A DNA stretch of 64,000 nt from Lingula anatina (lineage: Eukaryota; Animalia; Brachiopoda). Shown piece after piece: positions 38,798 to 52,109 of the stretch. Location of the stretch: assembly GCA_051362555.1 (NCBI GenBank), contig CM120642.1:9176001-9240000 (forward strand), written 5' to 3'. How positions within the stretch are numbered: position 1 is the stretch's first letter; each line of letters begins with the position of its first letter. Both the position numbers and the translations under genes were made by a program. Under the pieces are notes generated by a model, which worked only from the letters and a program-made list of their open reading frames with translations, was not told where the DNA came from and did no database searches.

Positions 38798-40600
38798 TGA
38801 AGACCTTTGATAGACAAATTTGTATGGTCAGTCTGTAAATTCCCCTTGGGTATTCACTAGGCTAATTTCAGTGCTATAAACTCATTTGCCTAAATAAGCG
38901 GCCATTAAATGAAATTTCATAAAGCACACTTGTTGATATTTCCCTGTAAACTCCCAAGGGTTAAGCTCTCTGCTAGATAACATAGTGTCCATAATAAGGA
39001 AGCAGTGAATAGAAGCTTCATTGGAATTATATTTTTGTTGTTTTCTTTTTAATTTCTTCTCCAACACTGGCATTTTTAAGATGTGATTTTTAACTCCCAT
39101 CCACCTGAGGCTCTGCACATTTTCAGTATTTCCACATAAGCAGTTGTATTGGTATTTATGTCTTTAAACATGCTGTAATATTATTTTATGCACTGTCATC
39201 TTTTTTCATATATTGGGACTTTCATCATGTGAATTTTAACTCTCATGGTCCTGAAACTGTAATCTTATTGAAGGGGTGGATTGAGACCATTTTCTGGGTC
39301 TCCTGGAAGACAGTCAGATTTTAAAGTTTATATTAACGTGTTTCTGTTGGAAGACCATCAAAATGGAGGATGGATCAACAAAGATACTTTGGAATACTGT
39401 CAGAAAATATCTCTGGATCTGCTCCTGTTATTGAACATGTTACCTGTTGTGCATGATTAAAAATCAGTCTTGACTGACTGTGCTATTATAAGCATTTATT
39501 ATTGCATCAAAATTGACAAAATGACCTATTTTGCATCTTTTTTTTTCTGCTTTTTGTCTGTACATTTGACAGCTTTGCTGCCATGTTTAAAAACTTTTGT
39601 GAGAAACAAATGGGTAGTTTTCATGCAGTGCAAGTGTAGAGCTGTCTTAGAGAAACCTGATTGATAAATAGATTAACCTACATGAGTAAGAGTTATGCCT
39701 CTCTCATTAAAAAAATAGTATTATAATGTGACCTATGGATTGGCCATATGTTTGTGCCTTGTGATAGACCCTTTATTAGGTTACAAGTTATTTATGTATA
39801 AAACTGAGTCAGAGCTGTATCTGTCTCCTATAGACCAGTATGTGTGTCTAGTTTTACTTCTTTATAATTAGCAATCAAAATTCCATTTTAAAATATAATT
39901 TTATATAAGATATGCACAAAGTTTGAAATGGAGTGAAGCAATAACCGCAAGAAATATTGGTGCTATGGTATTTTAACAAATGATATCACATCCATCGGTT
40001 TTATAAGCCTGGAATAGTCTTATTATATGGTTCTTCTGATTTATCCAAAATGTTTCAAGAGGTGTTTAAAATATTGCATCTCTGAATCCCTTTATTTATG
40101 ACTTTGACAAATTGCATTTTAATATTTTTTATAAGCCTTGCTGCTGAAATGTTGATTTCTTTCTCTTTTTCTTATATTTCCTAAACATTTTTGGAAGAAA
40201 TTTAGAATACTGTTCAGTTTTTCATTCTTGTTTATTTTGAGATGTGCAATCTGTTTTGAAGATAAAAAATTGGGTTAAATTGTTATTTTGAAAGTATGCA
40301 TATTTATTTTATTGATAACAGATACAGGTATTTATTTTGAAGTATCAGAATAACTGAGTTTGAATGAAATCATAATGTAACATATCACCCAACTTAATAC
40401 AGTGGTTATCAAAATTTGATCTTGGTGTATGAAAACTGTGAAATTGCCGTAGGAAAGCAATAAAATTGAGCTTTTATTTCAAGTTTCCTTTTTACCTGCT
40501 TCACATATGGATAATAAAAGTAATCTTATCTTCAAAAGAATAAAAAATATTTACCTTTATTCTTCATCATTAAGGTTGTTGGTATGAATTATACTGTCAC

Positions 40601-40602
<2 letters not shown>

Positions 40603-40644
<42 letters not shown>
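40603..40644. repeat. (GT)n microsatellite
   Basis: Read directly. Confidence 0.95.
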
Positions 40645-40647
<3 letters not shown>

Positions 40648-40897
40648 AAAACTGAAGAGTAATTTTAACTTTTTTTCCCCCCTCAACTTGTACAATATTA
40701 TAAGACCATTACATTTAATAGGTTGATTTGACCAGCAATTAGACGCAAGTATGTGTATAAGGGCTGTTCAAAATTAGATACATCGCACTAGCTTCTGTGC
40801 ACTTCCTCCACGGGAACTTTAGCTGAATGCAATCAGATTAACAGACTAACACGGAGCTGGCGATTATATATGTTGAAAACGAGGAGGCATGTTTATC

Positions 40898-41163
40898 CAG
40901 TTGCGGATTTAGAGGATGGGTCAGGGCCCAGGGTCCTGACTCCCCCCCCCCTTCGGTTTCTGAAAAATATATCAGTATCACACCATTATTCCCCTATTGA
41001 AATTAGAATTTTGACTAGCTGAAGCATAGTTTTAAACGTACCAAAGGGCACCGTTTGCCCTCCGCCGCACCCCACACCAATTAAGGGAGCGATGATCGGC
41101 TTCGCATCCGAAGCCTGTCGTTCAGGACCCCCCCCCCTTCAAACAATCTTGGATCCGCCCCTG
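40898..41163. mobile_element. Small MITE, CAG(GG)GCGGAT...ATCCGCCCCTG type
   Basis: Imperfect TIRs CAGTTGCGGATTTAG / CTTGGATCCGCCCCTG. TTTATC is duplicated on both flanks. Confidence 0.7.
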
Positions 41164-41242
41164 TTTATCTTTTTATTTGATTGTACTCATCAAGAGTCCC
41201 CGTGGAGTTTGTGCGCCCTAGCTTGTGCGACACAACTTGTAC

Positions 41243-43130
41243 TAGGGAGGTCAGGTCAACTTTGATAGTAACATAAATATCAGCCAAAATGATCTTATCT
41301 GATAGAGCAATTCATGAGCTTTCCAAAACAGTTTATTTTTTGAAAATCAAGCAAGCCAATCAAAAGTTATTAAATTTTCAAGAATGCTAGTCGGCCACAA
41401 AATTTTGAAAATGTCTTGTATGCAAGCATATGTAACAGTGGAAGCCAAAAGTGTCCCCTAATTGCCCAATCAATAAAACAAAATTGGCATAACTTTTGAA
41501 TGGAGTGAAATATCCATTTGAAATTTTCTGGAAAGTTACACTATGCCAAGGAGAATCTGACAAGATACAATTTTCTGTAATTTATTCATTATTTCCATGG
41601 CAACCATTGCTAAATATCAATAGCGATCGATATTATTTTTTTGATTTTTCAACCTAAGGCTTCAGCATCACTGTCCAAAGGCTACTTTTGGATGAAAATG
41701 ATGCTAAATAATGTGCCATCACTAAAATAAAAAATAATAGCTTCTAATGTATCTGTTGCTATGAAAATCGTCATTATGATAGCTGTTGCTATGGTAACTG
41801 TTTGAATTATTTTTTTACACATTATCATGAATTTTTAAACTGAATATGAAGTGGGAAACACTCTTGGTACTCAGTTTATGAATTTAAGTTAAGTAGTAAA
41901 CAAATACTCTGTCACTGTTGCCATGACAACCACTATTACAATGACAATTGCATATACGATTTTAAGGTTTAACTAGTAAAAAAATACCAGAATGCACAAT
42001 GAAAATAAATAACATCCGATTTTGGTAAGTTATAATTTTGCCAAAAAAATTTAATTGATATTGGACATCATTGCAGGTAGGTAATACAAAAACCAGCGAG
42101 ATTTTTTGGAGAGACTGAAATAACATAATGGCAGTTTTAGGAATTTCCTTTTTTTTTTTGTTATTAAGAAAAAATAAATAAATAAATTTTTTTTTTTTTG
42201 TTCCCTTTTGTTCGGCTATCATAAACCATTCTAGAGTTATTGCATATCTCCATGCATGATTTTAATTAAGATTCCCCTTTTTATGTTCACTGACGAGTTC
42301 AAAGACGAAAAAAGCACTAGCCCCATCAATATCGTACGTAATTTCATACTTTGTTTGAAAAATAAAATAAACTCTATATTCTTGAATTGTAGGCGTTTTA
42401 TCAATATCACTGGGTTTCGTGAACAATTCAAAGATTTTCTGATTAGATATTCTGATATCCTGATCCTCTTTGGGTGCTGAAAGTGCAGTTGCTTTTTCAT
42501 CAGTAGAACAGCTTGGTGCGTCCGCCATTTTGTTTGCGGTAAGATCAAAGTCACTGATTTTCTAACGGCTCTTACGGCTCTATCTTACCAAAAAATGATA
42601 AATAAAAAACTGATTTGAACCGAAAATTAGTTTAAAAATTTAGGTAGGGGTTACAGAACTTTCAGAAATTCGTTGTTCTAACTCTAAAACACGATTAAAA
42701 ACTTTACAAGCTAGTTTTGGTTGCTGTTTTCGGTTGAGTTAACTTCTGTAACCCCTCACTCGAACGCTTGATTCATTCTCCTCATGAATACGTGTCCAAA
42801 TATGAGGAAATAACATCAGGGACGCCGTACGGAGCTTTTAGAAAAATGGCGCGAAACGCGCATGTTGAGCAAAATTCGTAAATAGTGGGAACCAAACGAG
42901 GAAGTGAAATCACCGGCGATTTCTCGCAGCATTTTCGTGGCTGGAGGCTTACAACAGAGACATGATACATTGTTACACATATTGATCGAAAGCCCATTCA
43001 ATGCACTTTTTAAATATATTTTCATATTTATCATAGGACCCAAATCTTGGAAGTTATGATGGAAAACAAACAGCGAGGTTAGATTTCTTCCCGTTTTCGA
43101 CTGCGTGAGCGGTGTGACCTGACCTCCCTA
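41243..43130. mobile_element. 1.9-kb non-autonomous hAT-like transposon with TIR TAGGGAGGTCAGGTCA
   Basis: Perfect 16-bp TIR. Flanking duplication CTTGTAC (7 bp), or ACTTGTACT (9 bp) if the terminal T/A is assigned to the TSD. Confidence 0.85.
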
Positions 43131-43418
43131 CTTGTACTGCATGAACAGCCCCTAATTAATTAAGCAAGGTATATTACATCGACTGAATATTTTAAAGTTC
43201 CTAGAGCTGTGTTACGTGATGTGCCCTCATGATAGGGCTTGCCCCAAGAAATGGAAAGTAATATCTGTATCACTATTACTTCATAGCAAGTTTTTAGATT
43301 AATTCTATTTAATCACACCTCTCTCACCATTCATTGCAGTTAATTGTGCAATCGGGCGATCTCAACTAATGCAATATAGATGGTTTCGGAAGGATGCTCA
43401 GTGGTTTTATTATTGTTG

Positions 43419-43419
<1 letters not shown>

Positions 43420-43457
<38 letters not shown>

Positions 43458-43468
43458 TTATTATTATT
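43420..43468. repeat. (ATTT)n/(ATT)n microsatellite
   Basis: Read directly. Confidence 0.9.
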
Positions 43469-44489
43469 TGTCGATTGGTTACATGGAAATTAAGTAGGAT
43501 GTCGGCATGCGTTGAGGATGGAATTACGTTTTCTATTTGGTCGCATACATATTGCAAACTCCCTATCGTATATTCGAATTTCATTTAACTGCTTTGAAGA
43601 ACAAATTTATTGCCTTTTTTGAGTGGAAACTATAGATCTACGTACTTTCTGGATAAGGACTAATTTTGATATTTCTAACGGAGATTGCGACTGTACAAGG
43701 TTTAGGCCTAGAGGGAAATTGATATTTAGTGAGAAAATTCAGCTTCTTTACGAGACTACCAGCAAAACATTATATTTATTGGAAATAATTTGGTTTTATA
43801 CCAAGAGCAATTCACTGTTTATTTATATTGCATATATAGTCTACGACTAATTTTTTCAAGACACGACGTCACGAATTTAATGAAAAATTATTCTGTGAAA
43901 AAAATTGTAAGCTAACTTGATCGATAAAATGTCTTAATTGCAGATATCCTTTTATATTTTTATGTTACCAGCTCTTTTGAAAGGCTGTTCGTAGTTTAAA
44001 GGGATTTGGGGTTATGGGGTTCTTTTTTGTTTGTTTGCGGGTCTTTCGGAGGAGGAGCATAATTAATTTTAACTCTCTCGGTGAGTCCTTTTATTCTGAA
44101 TCATTAAATTTTTTTATTTCATCACTAAACTCTGATGGTTAATCCGAAATAATTAAGGAGTACAGGACGTTAAAACTACAGTTTTGTCAATTTCTACAAC
44201 AAAAGAAACGTTTTATCCGCTTAATATTTGCCCTTCACAGCTTATGTTTTGTTATGCTAATCTCTGAACATTCCTTCGATGAGGCTTATTTTGATTGTAC
44301 ATGACATACCAACTTCTTTCTTTCTAAAAGACTATTTAAATTGCCATTTGTACTGTAAGCGTTCATCTTTTTCATACAGTCAATAAGAGACATATATATA
44401 AAATACATTTTGAATTAATTTAGTTAGTTTTCAGAATATTACAATCTAACTGGTTTAAATATGCTAAAAGATTACTAAAATGATTGTGG

Positions 44490-44628
44490 TACGTCGTGAC
44501 CGGATTCCATTGCAAGTGACGTCATCGATATCTGCTGTTTCGTATGCAAATAAGCATCATAGTCGAGCAAGATGGAGGAGAACCGAGTTGAGATCTGAGT
44601 GGAATTCTCCCAAATTCTTGGCCACAAT
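44490..44628 (+). promoter_or_regulatory. Probable KIBRA proximal promoter/5'UTR: CpG-enriched, with CRE TGACGTCA (44517-44524) and octamer ATGCAAAT (44544-44551)
   Basis: The motifs are read directly. CpG density is higher than in downstream introns. The region lies immediately upstream of the ATG. Function is inferred. Confidence 0.4.
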
Positions 44629-44756
44629 ATGCCCAAGAAGCGCAATGGAGAAATTCCAATCCCCTGTGGCTGGGAGGTTTGCAAAGATTTCGATGGAAAA
44701 TTATTTTACATCGACCATAACACCAAACAAACAACGTGGATAGATCCGCGCGACAG
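44629..44756 (+). CDS. KIBRA: KIBRA/WWC coding exon 1, first WW domain (MPKKRNGEIPIPCGWEVCKDFDGKLFYIDHNTKQTTWIDPRD)
   Basis: WW signature GWE..D.DGK.FYIDHNT..T.WIDPRDR typical of the KIBRA/WWC N-terminus. AG|gtatgt donor. Confidence 0.95.
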
Positions 44757-47700
44757 GTATGTCTCAGTCGTTACCTATTTTATTTTAGTGAGTGACACTG
44801 TGTTGACCATTTGGATTATATGTCATATTTTGGCCGCTACTAATGTGGGTTTATACACAAGATTAGGCTTAACGGAAGTGCTATTTTATCCATAGTTGGG
44901 TATCGGCTTTATGGTCACTTTTAAGTCATAACTACGATCGTGTTTACCTTCGATTGCGTGTGGAGCAGAAACTGGTCATTTGATAAAGAACCAAAACAGA
45001 TCAATGTTCACGTTATCTTGTCAAAGTTTTTTCCTATCACCACCTTTTTGGCAAAGACCCTTAGTTGAGGAAAGGGTGACTAAGAGATTGTGAATGTTGT
45101 GAATGTAGCTCAGACCGCAAGCTGATTTTGGCAGTAATAGTAACTCATTGTAAGACTAAGAGGGCTTGCCCCCAGTTTGTGAACATAATTCAGTAAACCA
45201 TAGATACCAATACAAGGTGCTTTATTGAGTATTATTTATAGTATATTATTTGTGATAAAATGTATCAAGCACATGCTGCCTCTGACGTTTTAATTTATTA
45301 CTAGTCCCTTACTTTAATGTTAATGATATCATTAGGAGTTACACATGCACAACAATAAACATACACAATGAGGTTCCTAGGCAGTATTGCTCCGGAGTAA
45401 TGACACCTTTTAAATATCTATCAAGATTTATACAAAATTTTACCAAATGAGCACTTTCTTACGGTATGTGTAAAAATGTATTAAATATTAATGGTTATGT
45501 CATAGAATGTGGTAATCAGAAGGCATGACTCTGGATTTGAATGGAATCAAATTTATAGTGTTGTTTTTTTTTTTTAAGTTCATAAGTATGATTCCATTAC
45601 TACTTCTTATGTTACGTAATTATACTAAAACATTAATTAAAAGGAAAAAAAACAACATACAGATCCTCTGCTCCCCCCCCCCCCTCCAAATTCATTTCTT
45701 GCTGTGTCTTTGACCATGGTTATATTTTATACACCAACTGTGAGTTGTTCTATTCATTAACAAATCGTACATTAATTCCTTGCAATTAAAAACTAATAAT
45801 AAGGTAAAGGGAGCATTAAGTGTTTGATTTATTTCTTAAAAGATTATAATCAGTTGTTTACATCATAAATGTAGAAGTTGGCGTGGTTTAAAAATGCTGT
45901 TTAAATAGAATTTTAGATTAGAATTAGAATTTGATATACTAGCTTTAGCTATATTCTTGTTTTCACTGACCATCATTGTACAGTACTAAGTTCCTAGTAA
46001 AGCATTGCTACCATAAAAGATATGGTCTTAAGGCCAGCTTTATTTTCACTTAATCAAATGAAATAGTTATATGTAGTCCTGTTAAAATATACTTTTTTGA
46101 AAATTGGTTCAATGGGATGCAAGGTATCTTGGGGGGGGGGGAGGGGGTATCTATAATGAAGATAGGAATATTATGAACACAAAAATTGTGCAAACACCTT
46201 GAAACTTTTTATCTTGTATTCATGGAATAATCATAAGATGTTGAAGACACCAACAAATTACTTCCTGTCAACTGTGTACCGTGGACTGAAAATTTTTACA
46301 AGATCCAAAATGTGTCTTGGATTTCAAAGCCAGATGCATTTCATATTTCACACCATGCAAAACATTTTGATCATTGGATTCTTCTTTCAAAAATCTTTAA
46401 GCTAAACTGTTCTTCCTCATCCATTAAAAAAAAAAGAAAAGGAAACATCTATGCCTGCTAAATATTTTACCCAAGTGCAATTATGCAGCTTTAGTTTCTA
46501 TATACCCATGTAGGCTAATGAAAGAGCTGGGTATGCAGATTCCTCCCAGATCTTTTATCAGACAAGATGCAGGGTAGCATCAGATAAGGTAGGGTCGCCA
46601 CATTCTTTAGGGAGAACCAGAGGGAAATTCTACATACTGGTTACCTAACCATAGATAGTACACTAAATATTTTTTTTAGCCGTGAGAGAATAATTGATAA
46701 ACTTTACTAATAGAAAGTCTTTTTAAAATGCCTTGTCAACATTCCTTACCTGGGGAACTGGCTTTTGCCCATACTTTAATGTTATCTGTATGGACTATCA
46801 TTCTGGGCTGATTCAAGCATGCCAACAAACCAGCTATTGTATATTAATATTCAGGTCATGGGGGCCACGGAACACTGCAGATAGCCAACAAGTTCATGTT
46901 GATATGGAGGGACAAGAGACTTCAAAAAATGAAGGAAGTAAATCTTGATAAAGCAAAGAGATTGGGCTATTATTCCTCCCATATTCGATATTAGTAGCTA
47001 AAGGCAAACTTTGTAAATGTCCAACGTTTGATCAAGTAGAAGCAACACTTGTTTGCAGCTATAAAATTTTAGTCACACATGTTGAGGTGCAAAAATTATT
47101 TAAAACAGACTAGGATTTATATTTGAATATTTGGGGTACCATTTGTTTTGGACCTACATTGTGAAAAAATGGGGATGGATGGGGGGGGGGGAGGAAAGAG
47201 GATTTTAAAGTCATTTTTGTCACTGTGTTAGAAAGTGATTGTTAGTCATGAAAGTGTAGATAATTTGGAAATAAGATATTTGGTTTTAAGATATTTGGTC
47301 TGTATATGGTAGTTTTAAGCAGATTTTATAAGGGCACTGAAATGCTGTTTATAAACAAATTACTTCACAAAAATATTTTCTTTTTAGAGGCATTGCCTTG
47401 AACTTTTGAACCATAAAAATAGAGACAAGTACATATTCTATAAGTACACAGTCACATGCCAGAACCCTTTGAGCACTAAATATTTGCACTAGCTCACTTT
47501 TCATTGACTAAAACTTTCATAGCCTGGATTATAGTATTTTTTTTTTTCAATTTAGTAAAAAGAAAATTTTGTAATTGTTTATTGGTTGATATTCATTTTT
47601 CAGATCTTTATGTAAGATATATTTTATATTTAACCTCTATTATCTTTTTATTGTGACATATAATGTTAAAATGTGTGTAAAGAAAATGATTTTCGAAATG

Positions 47701-50700
47701 TAAGAACAAAGCCAAGCAGGTCCTCTCCCAATAAACTTACTGTACTGTCTCTGCATAGACTTATCACCATTGTCACTTTTCTATAGATTGGTTTAGAAAT
47801 GAACACTTAAAGGTGAACTATGACACAGAAAAATCCTCATCAGTTTGTTTAAGAGATTATTCTCATTACCCACAGAGATGCTGTTTCCTTTGTCTCCAGG
47901 AGAACAGAGAGATCAATAGGCTGAGTTTCCAGTGTATTGTGGCAGATGGTAGCTGTACATTAGTAGTTATGCCTGGTATGAGGTCATACATCTCTCCCAG
48001 AGATCACTGCCTGGACAGGTGGTTTACCTGCCTACTCCACTGGATACCTTGTGGCAGGATTTACACTCAGTTCAGTCTGGTTCATTAGTGGTGCATTTCT
48101 GGTACAGAGTTATGAAATACATCATCTGATCCCTGACCACATCCATAAGCAGGGGTTTCCCCAGGATTTAGGGTACAAGGAGTCCAAAATGTTAACCTGT
48201 TATTTGGTCATTATTTGGTATACAGTCCAACCCAAGCAAGCCCAACCAACCAGGCCAAATATTTTGTTAGCCATTCAGCCTTCTTTGAAAATATGGGCCG
48301 TCTTTTTGGGCTAATGGCCATCCAAATCATGGCTGGAGGACACTCTGGGGAAAGCCTTGTTCATAATGCATGTTTATGCACATGAGACTTATGATATAAA
48401 AAATAGTTTTTACAAATAAGTACTAGTAGTTACACTGTGCAGAATTTCCAATCTTGACATACACTAACAAGTACTAAGTCACATGTGGTTCGCTTCTTTG
48501 AAATGTCACCAAATTCTAATTTTCTTTTGACATATACTAGTGTGCACAGGGTTGTCTTACTCAGTGTCTTCCTTGTGTCGAGTCATTTTGTGTAAATGCT
48601 GCTGGATATATATCTCTGACTTCTGGCATGTTTTACCTGGTAGTTATAGGGTTTTTACTCTTGGACTTGTTACCCCTTCCCCAATCTCTCCCCTTCTAAA
48701 AGCTTATGAATTGAATTAAAATGCAAAAAATTAATAAACAGATGAACAAAAAAAAAGAAGAAGAAAGAAAGAAGAAGGGCCAGTGCAATTTAAAAGAAAC
48801 AGTATGGCTCAGAAATGTTTGATTGTATTGATTTACTGATCATAATAAGATGCCATTTCAGTTCACTTCCTTTAGGTTAAAAGTAAGGAACCCAAGCCCT
48901 GGATGACCGAGTACATGTTATGACCTTTTGATAAAATATGCATATAATATCATAATGAACAACAGATTAAGCATCCATGTGCCTTTGAAACATGTCACTT
49001 GATGGTGTGGTGAGTGGACCCAGGTGTGTTGATGACCAGTGATAATTAACATGCCTTAATAGGTTAATTAATGGCTTTTGGAGCTGAGTAATCAGCTTTG
49101 CTACCAGCTTAGTCAGACTTTCCTTGGTCGTCATTAAGCTCTATGCTGAGATGCGTAGATGCTTATTAATGTGGTACTTATGTGCTTTAATTAAGATAGA
49201 ATGTTATCATGTTTATTATAAGGTCGAACTAGAAGATAATTCATCAGCAAATTAGTTCATCAGCTTTATTTTGCAAAAGTGCCAGAGAGGCAAATTGAGG
49301 TCATTCTATTACTAGTAATTTGTTTGTGTTAATCAAAAATCTGCAATTCCGGAAAGTTTGACATGTCTCAGCTCTAAAAGTCCAAGGAAAACTTAATTTG
49401 GTTTAATCTTGCTTTCTGTAAAGTGTACATAGATAAGCTTTCTTGTGATATGTCAATTATCTACAGAGAGAGATAAAAGAAATTCCTTATTCAGAGTAGC
49501 TTTACTGAATGCTTCTGTAGGTAATGAATGGTTAGGATTTAGGAAACCAGGATTTGGATAATGATGTGATGCACTGCTAGGCACTTCCCCTGTATAAATA
49601 CATGGTTAACTCCCCCTTCCTTTTGAGTCCAAGATATTTAATATTCTTCATTTTTGCCTTTTCTGTTGGATTTCCCTTTGTTGTCACTGGGGCAGTTACT
49701 AGTACATTGGTATTTAGGTGTTGAGTTCATAAAATAAATTGTTTCAAAATTGTTATGTAGACACTCTGGCTAAGTCATCTCTGAATTATTTTTGTCTAAA
49801 CAATTTTGTAAGGTGACTTATGTAAAGTATTGAACGCCATACCAACCTTGAGAAATTGATTTCTTATTTTTCAGTGCGGTCCTTCGTCTTGAAACATTGA
49901 CGGGGTATCGATAGTCAATTCACTCAATATCTAGGAATGAGTTTTGTGTAATATGTGATTGACTTGCAGAGAATGGAATTCTGTTTTGTAGGGGTATTTA
50001 TTGTACCACCAGCGTTAGCGCTGGCGGTACACATGGTTTCGGTCTCGTCCGGATCGTTCCGCCGGCTCCGCCGGCTCCGCCGGCTCCGCCGGACGGCTAC
50101 CGTTACCGCTTCTCCTCCTAGACGGTAAGGCCCCCCATACCCATCTCATGGATTTAGGTCACCTATAATCTCAACTCGTTCCACGTAAAATTTGGGCTTT
50201 GTCGGTATTGGGGTCTGGGTGTGGCACTCATTGCAATGCACCCTTGTCCAAAAATGGCAAAATTAAATGCTAATTATCTACCCTACGGAAGGAGTTACGG
50301 GAAAAATTTCTACAGACGGCTTTCCAAAAGTCATATGTGTAGATTTCAAATATACCCTCGGATTTGACCTTTGACCTTTACTTCAAGGTCAAATGGGCCA
50401 AAATTTTCAAAAAAATGAAATTTTTTACGAAAAAAAAATTTTTTGCCCTGTTATTGAGACACCACACAGACTTAACCAATAATATTATTGGAAAGTGTTA
50501 CCCTTCAGGTCATCTTTCATCTCCGTGAATTTGGGGTCAATCGGTGCATTTTCACAGGAGTAGCGGCCATAAGATACCGAAACTGAAAACTGTCTCTAAT
50601 TCGGGAACCGTTAATGCTAGAGACCCATTCTTTTTTGCATTTTGTAGAGCATGTAAAGCCCAACACTGGAGGTGGTCTTGGTTTTTTTGTATTCCATACG

Positions 50701-51570
50701 GTTTTCGAGTTACGCTGTATCAAAAAGTACATATTGGTGGTGAAAGGAAAATGTACGGAAGCCCACTGGTGCCATATGTAGAAAAAAAAATTATCTCGAA
50801 ATTTCGAGATACTATTTTGAAATTTGAACAAAAAAATTTACCACCAGCGTTAGCGCTGGCGGTACACATGGTTTCGGTCCCGTCCGGTCCGTTCCGCCGG
50901 CTCCGCCGCCATGTTACCGTTACCGCTTCTCCTCCTAGACGGTAAGGGCCCCCGTACCCATCTCATGGATTTAGGTCACCTATAATCTCAACTCGTTCCA
51001 CGTAAAATTTGGGCTTTGTCGGTATTGGGGTCTGGGTGTGGCACTCATTGCAATGCACCCTTGTCTAAAAATGGCAAAATTAAATGCTAATTATCTACCC
51101 TACGGAAGGAGTTACGGGAAAAATTTCTATAGACGGCTTTCCAAAAGTCATATGTGTAGATTTCAAATATACCCTCGGATTTGACCTTTGACCTTTACTT
51201 CAAGGTCAAATGGGTCAAAATTTTCAAAAAAATGAAATTTTTTACGAAAAAAAATTTTTTTGCCCTGTTATTCAGACGCCACACAGACTTAACCAATAAT
51301 ATTATTGGAAAGTGTTACCCTTCAGGTCATCTTTCATCTCCGTGAATTTGGGGTCAATCGGTGCATTTTCACAGGAGTAGCGGCCATAAGATACCGAAAC
51401 TGAAAACTGTCTCTAATTCGGGAACCGTTAATGCTAGAGACCCATTCTTTTTTGCATTTTGTAGAGCATGTAAAGCCCAACACTGCAGGTGGTCTCGGTT
51501 TTTTTGTATTCCATACGGTTTTCGAGTTACGCTGTATCAGAAAGTACATATTGGTGGTGAAAGGAAAATG

Positions 51571-51862
51571 TACGGAAGCCGACTGGTGCCATATGTAGAA
51601 AAAAAAATTATCTCGAAATTTCGAGATACTATTTTGAAATTTGAACAAAAAAAATTTTTATCTCGAAATTTCGAGATAGCATTTTGAAATTTGAACAAAA
51701 AAAAAATTATCTCGAAATTTCGAGATAGCATTTTGATATTTGAGCAAAAAAATTTATCTCGAAATTTCGAGATAGTATTTTGAAATTTGAACAAAAAAAA
51801 TGCTATCTCGAAATTTCGAGATAATTTTTTTTTTCAACATATGGCACCAGTCGGCTTCCGTA
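51571..51862. mobile_element. IS3EU-like MITE (25-bp TIR TACGGAAGCCGACTGGTGCCATATG, 6-bp TSD AAAATG) with five internal palindromes
   Basis: Perfect TIRs. AAAATG at 51565-51570 and 51863-51868. The empty site is present in other A copies. A left-half copy lies at 50754-50838. Confidence 0.85.
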
Positions 51863-52109
51863 AAAATGTGCAGTATGGTAATGGATAATAAATTTTGAAC
51901 TCCGGAAAAATAAAACATAATGCTTGGCAAAGCAGACAACTTGTGGTCAAAAATGACATTATTTTATCAAATTTAAACTTCTGCAACTTCAGAGAACCTC
52001 CCATTTCAAGAACTTTGACCAAAATGACCTTTTCTTTATTTTAATTAATTTTTTCTGTAGGAAATTTATGGCACATTATGGTAACTCCAAAATTATAACA
52101 TTTAGTCCC

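Larger units (their letters stand above)
32943..39587 (+). mobile_element. HINE family B, long form, carrying two nested insertions
   Basis: 5' palindrome at 32944, 161-bp repeats, and a 3' subTIR plus hairpin at ~39555-39587. Confidence 0.85.

Noticed and set aside
51600-51830. Palindrome array as a mini-CRISPR
   Set aside because: The linkers are near-identical to each other, and the array is bounded by TIRs and a TSD, so it is a MITE.
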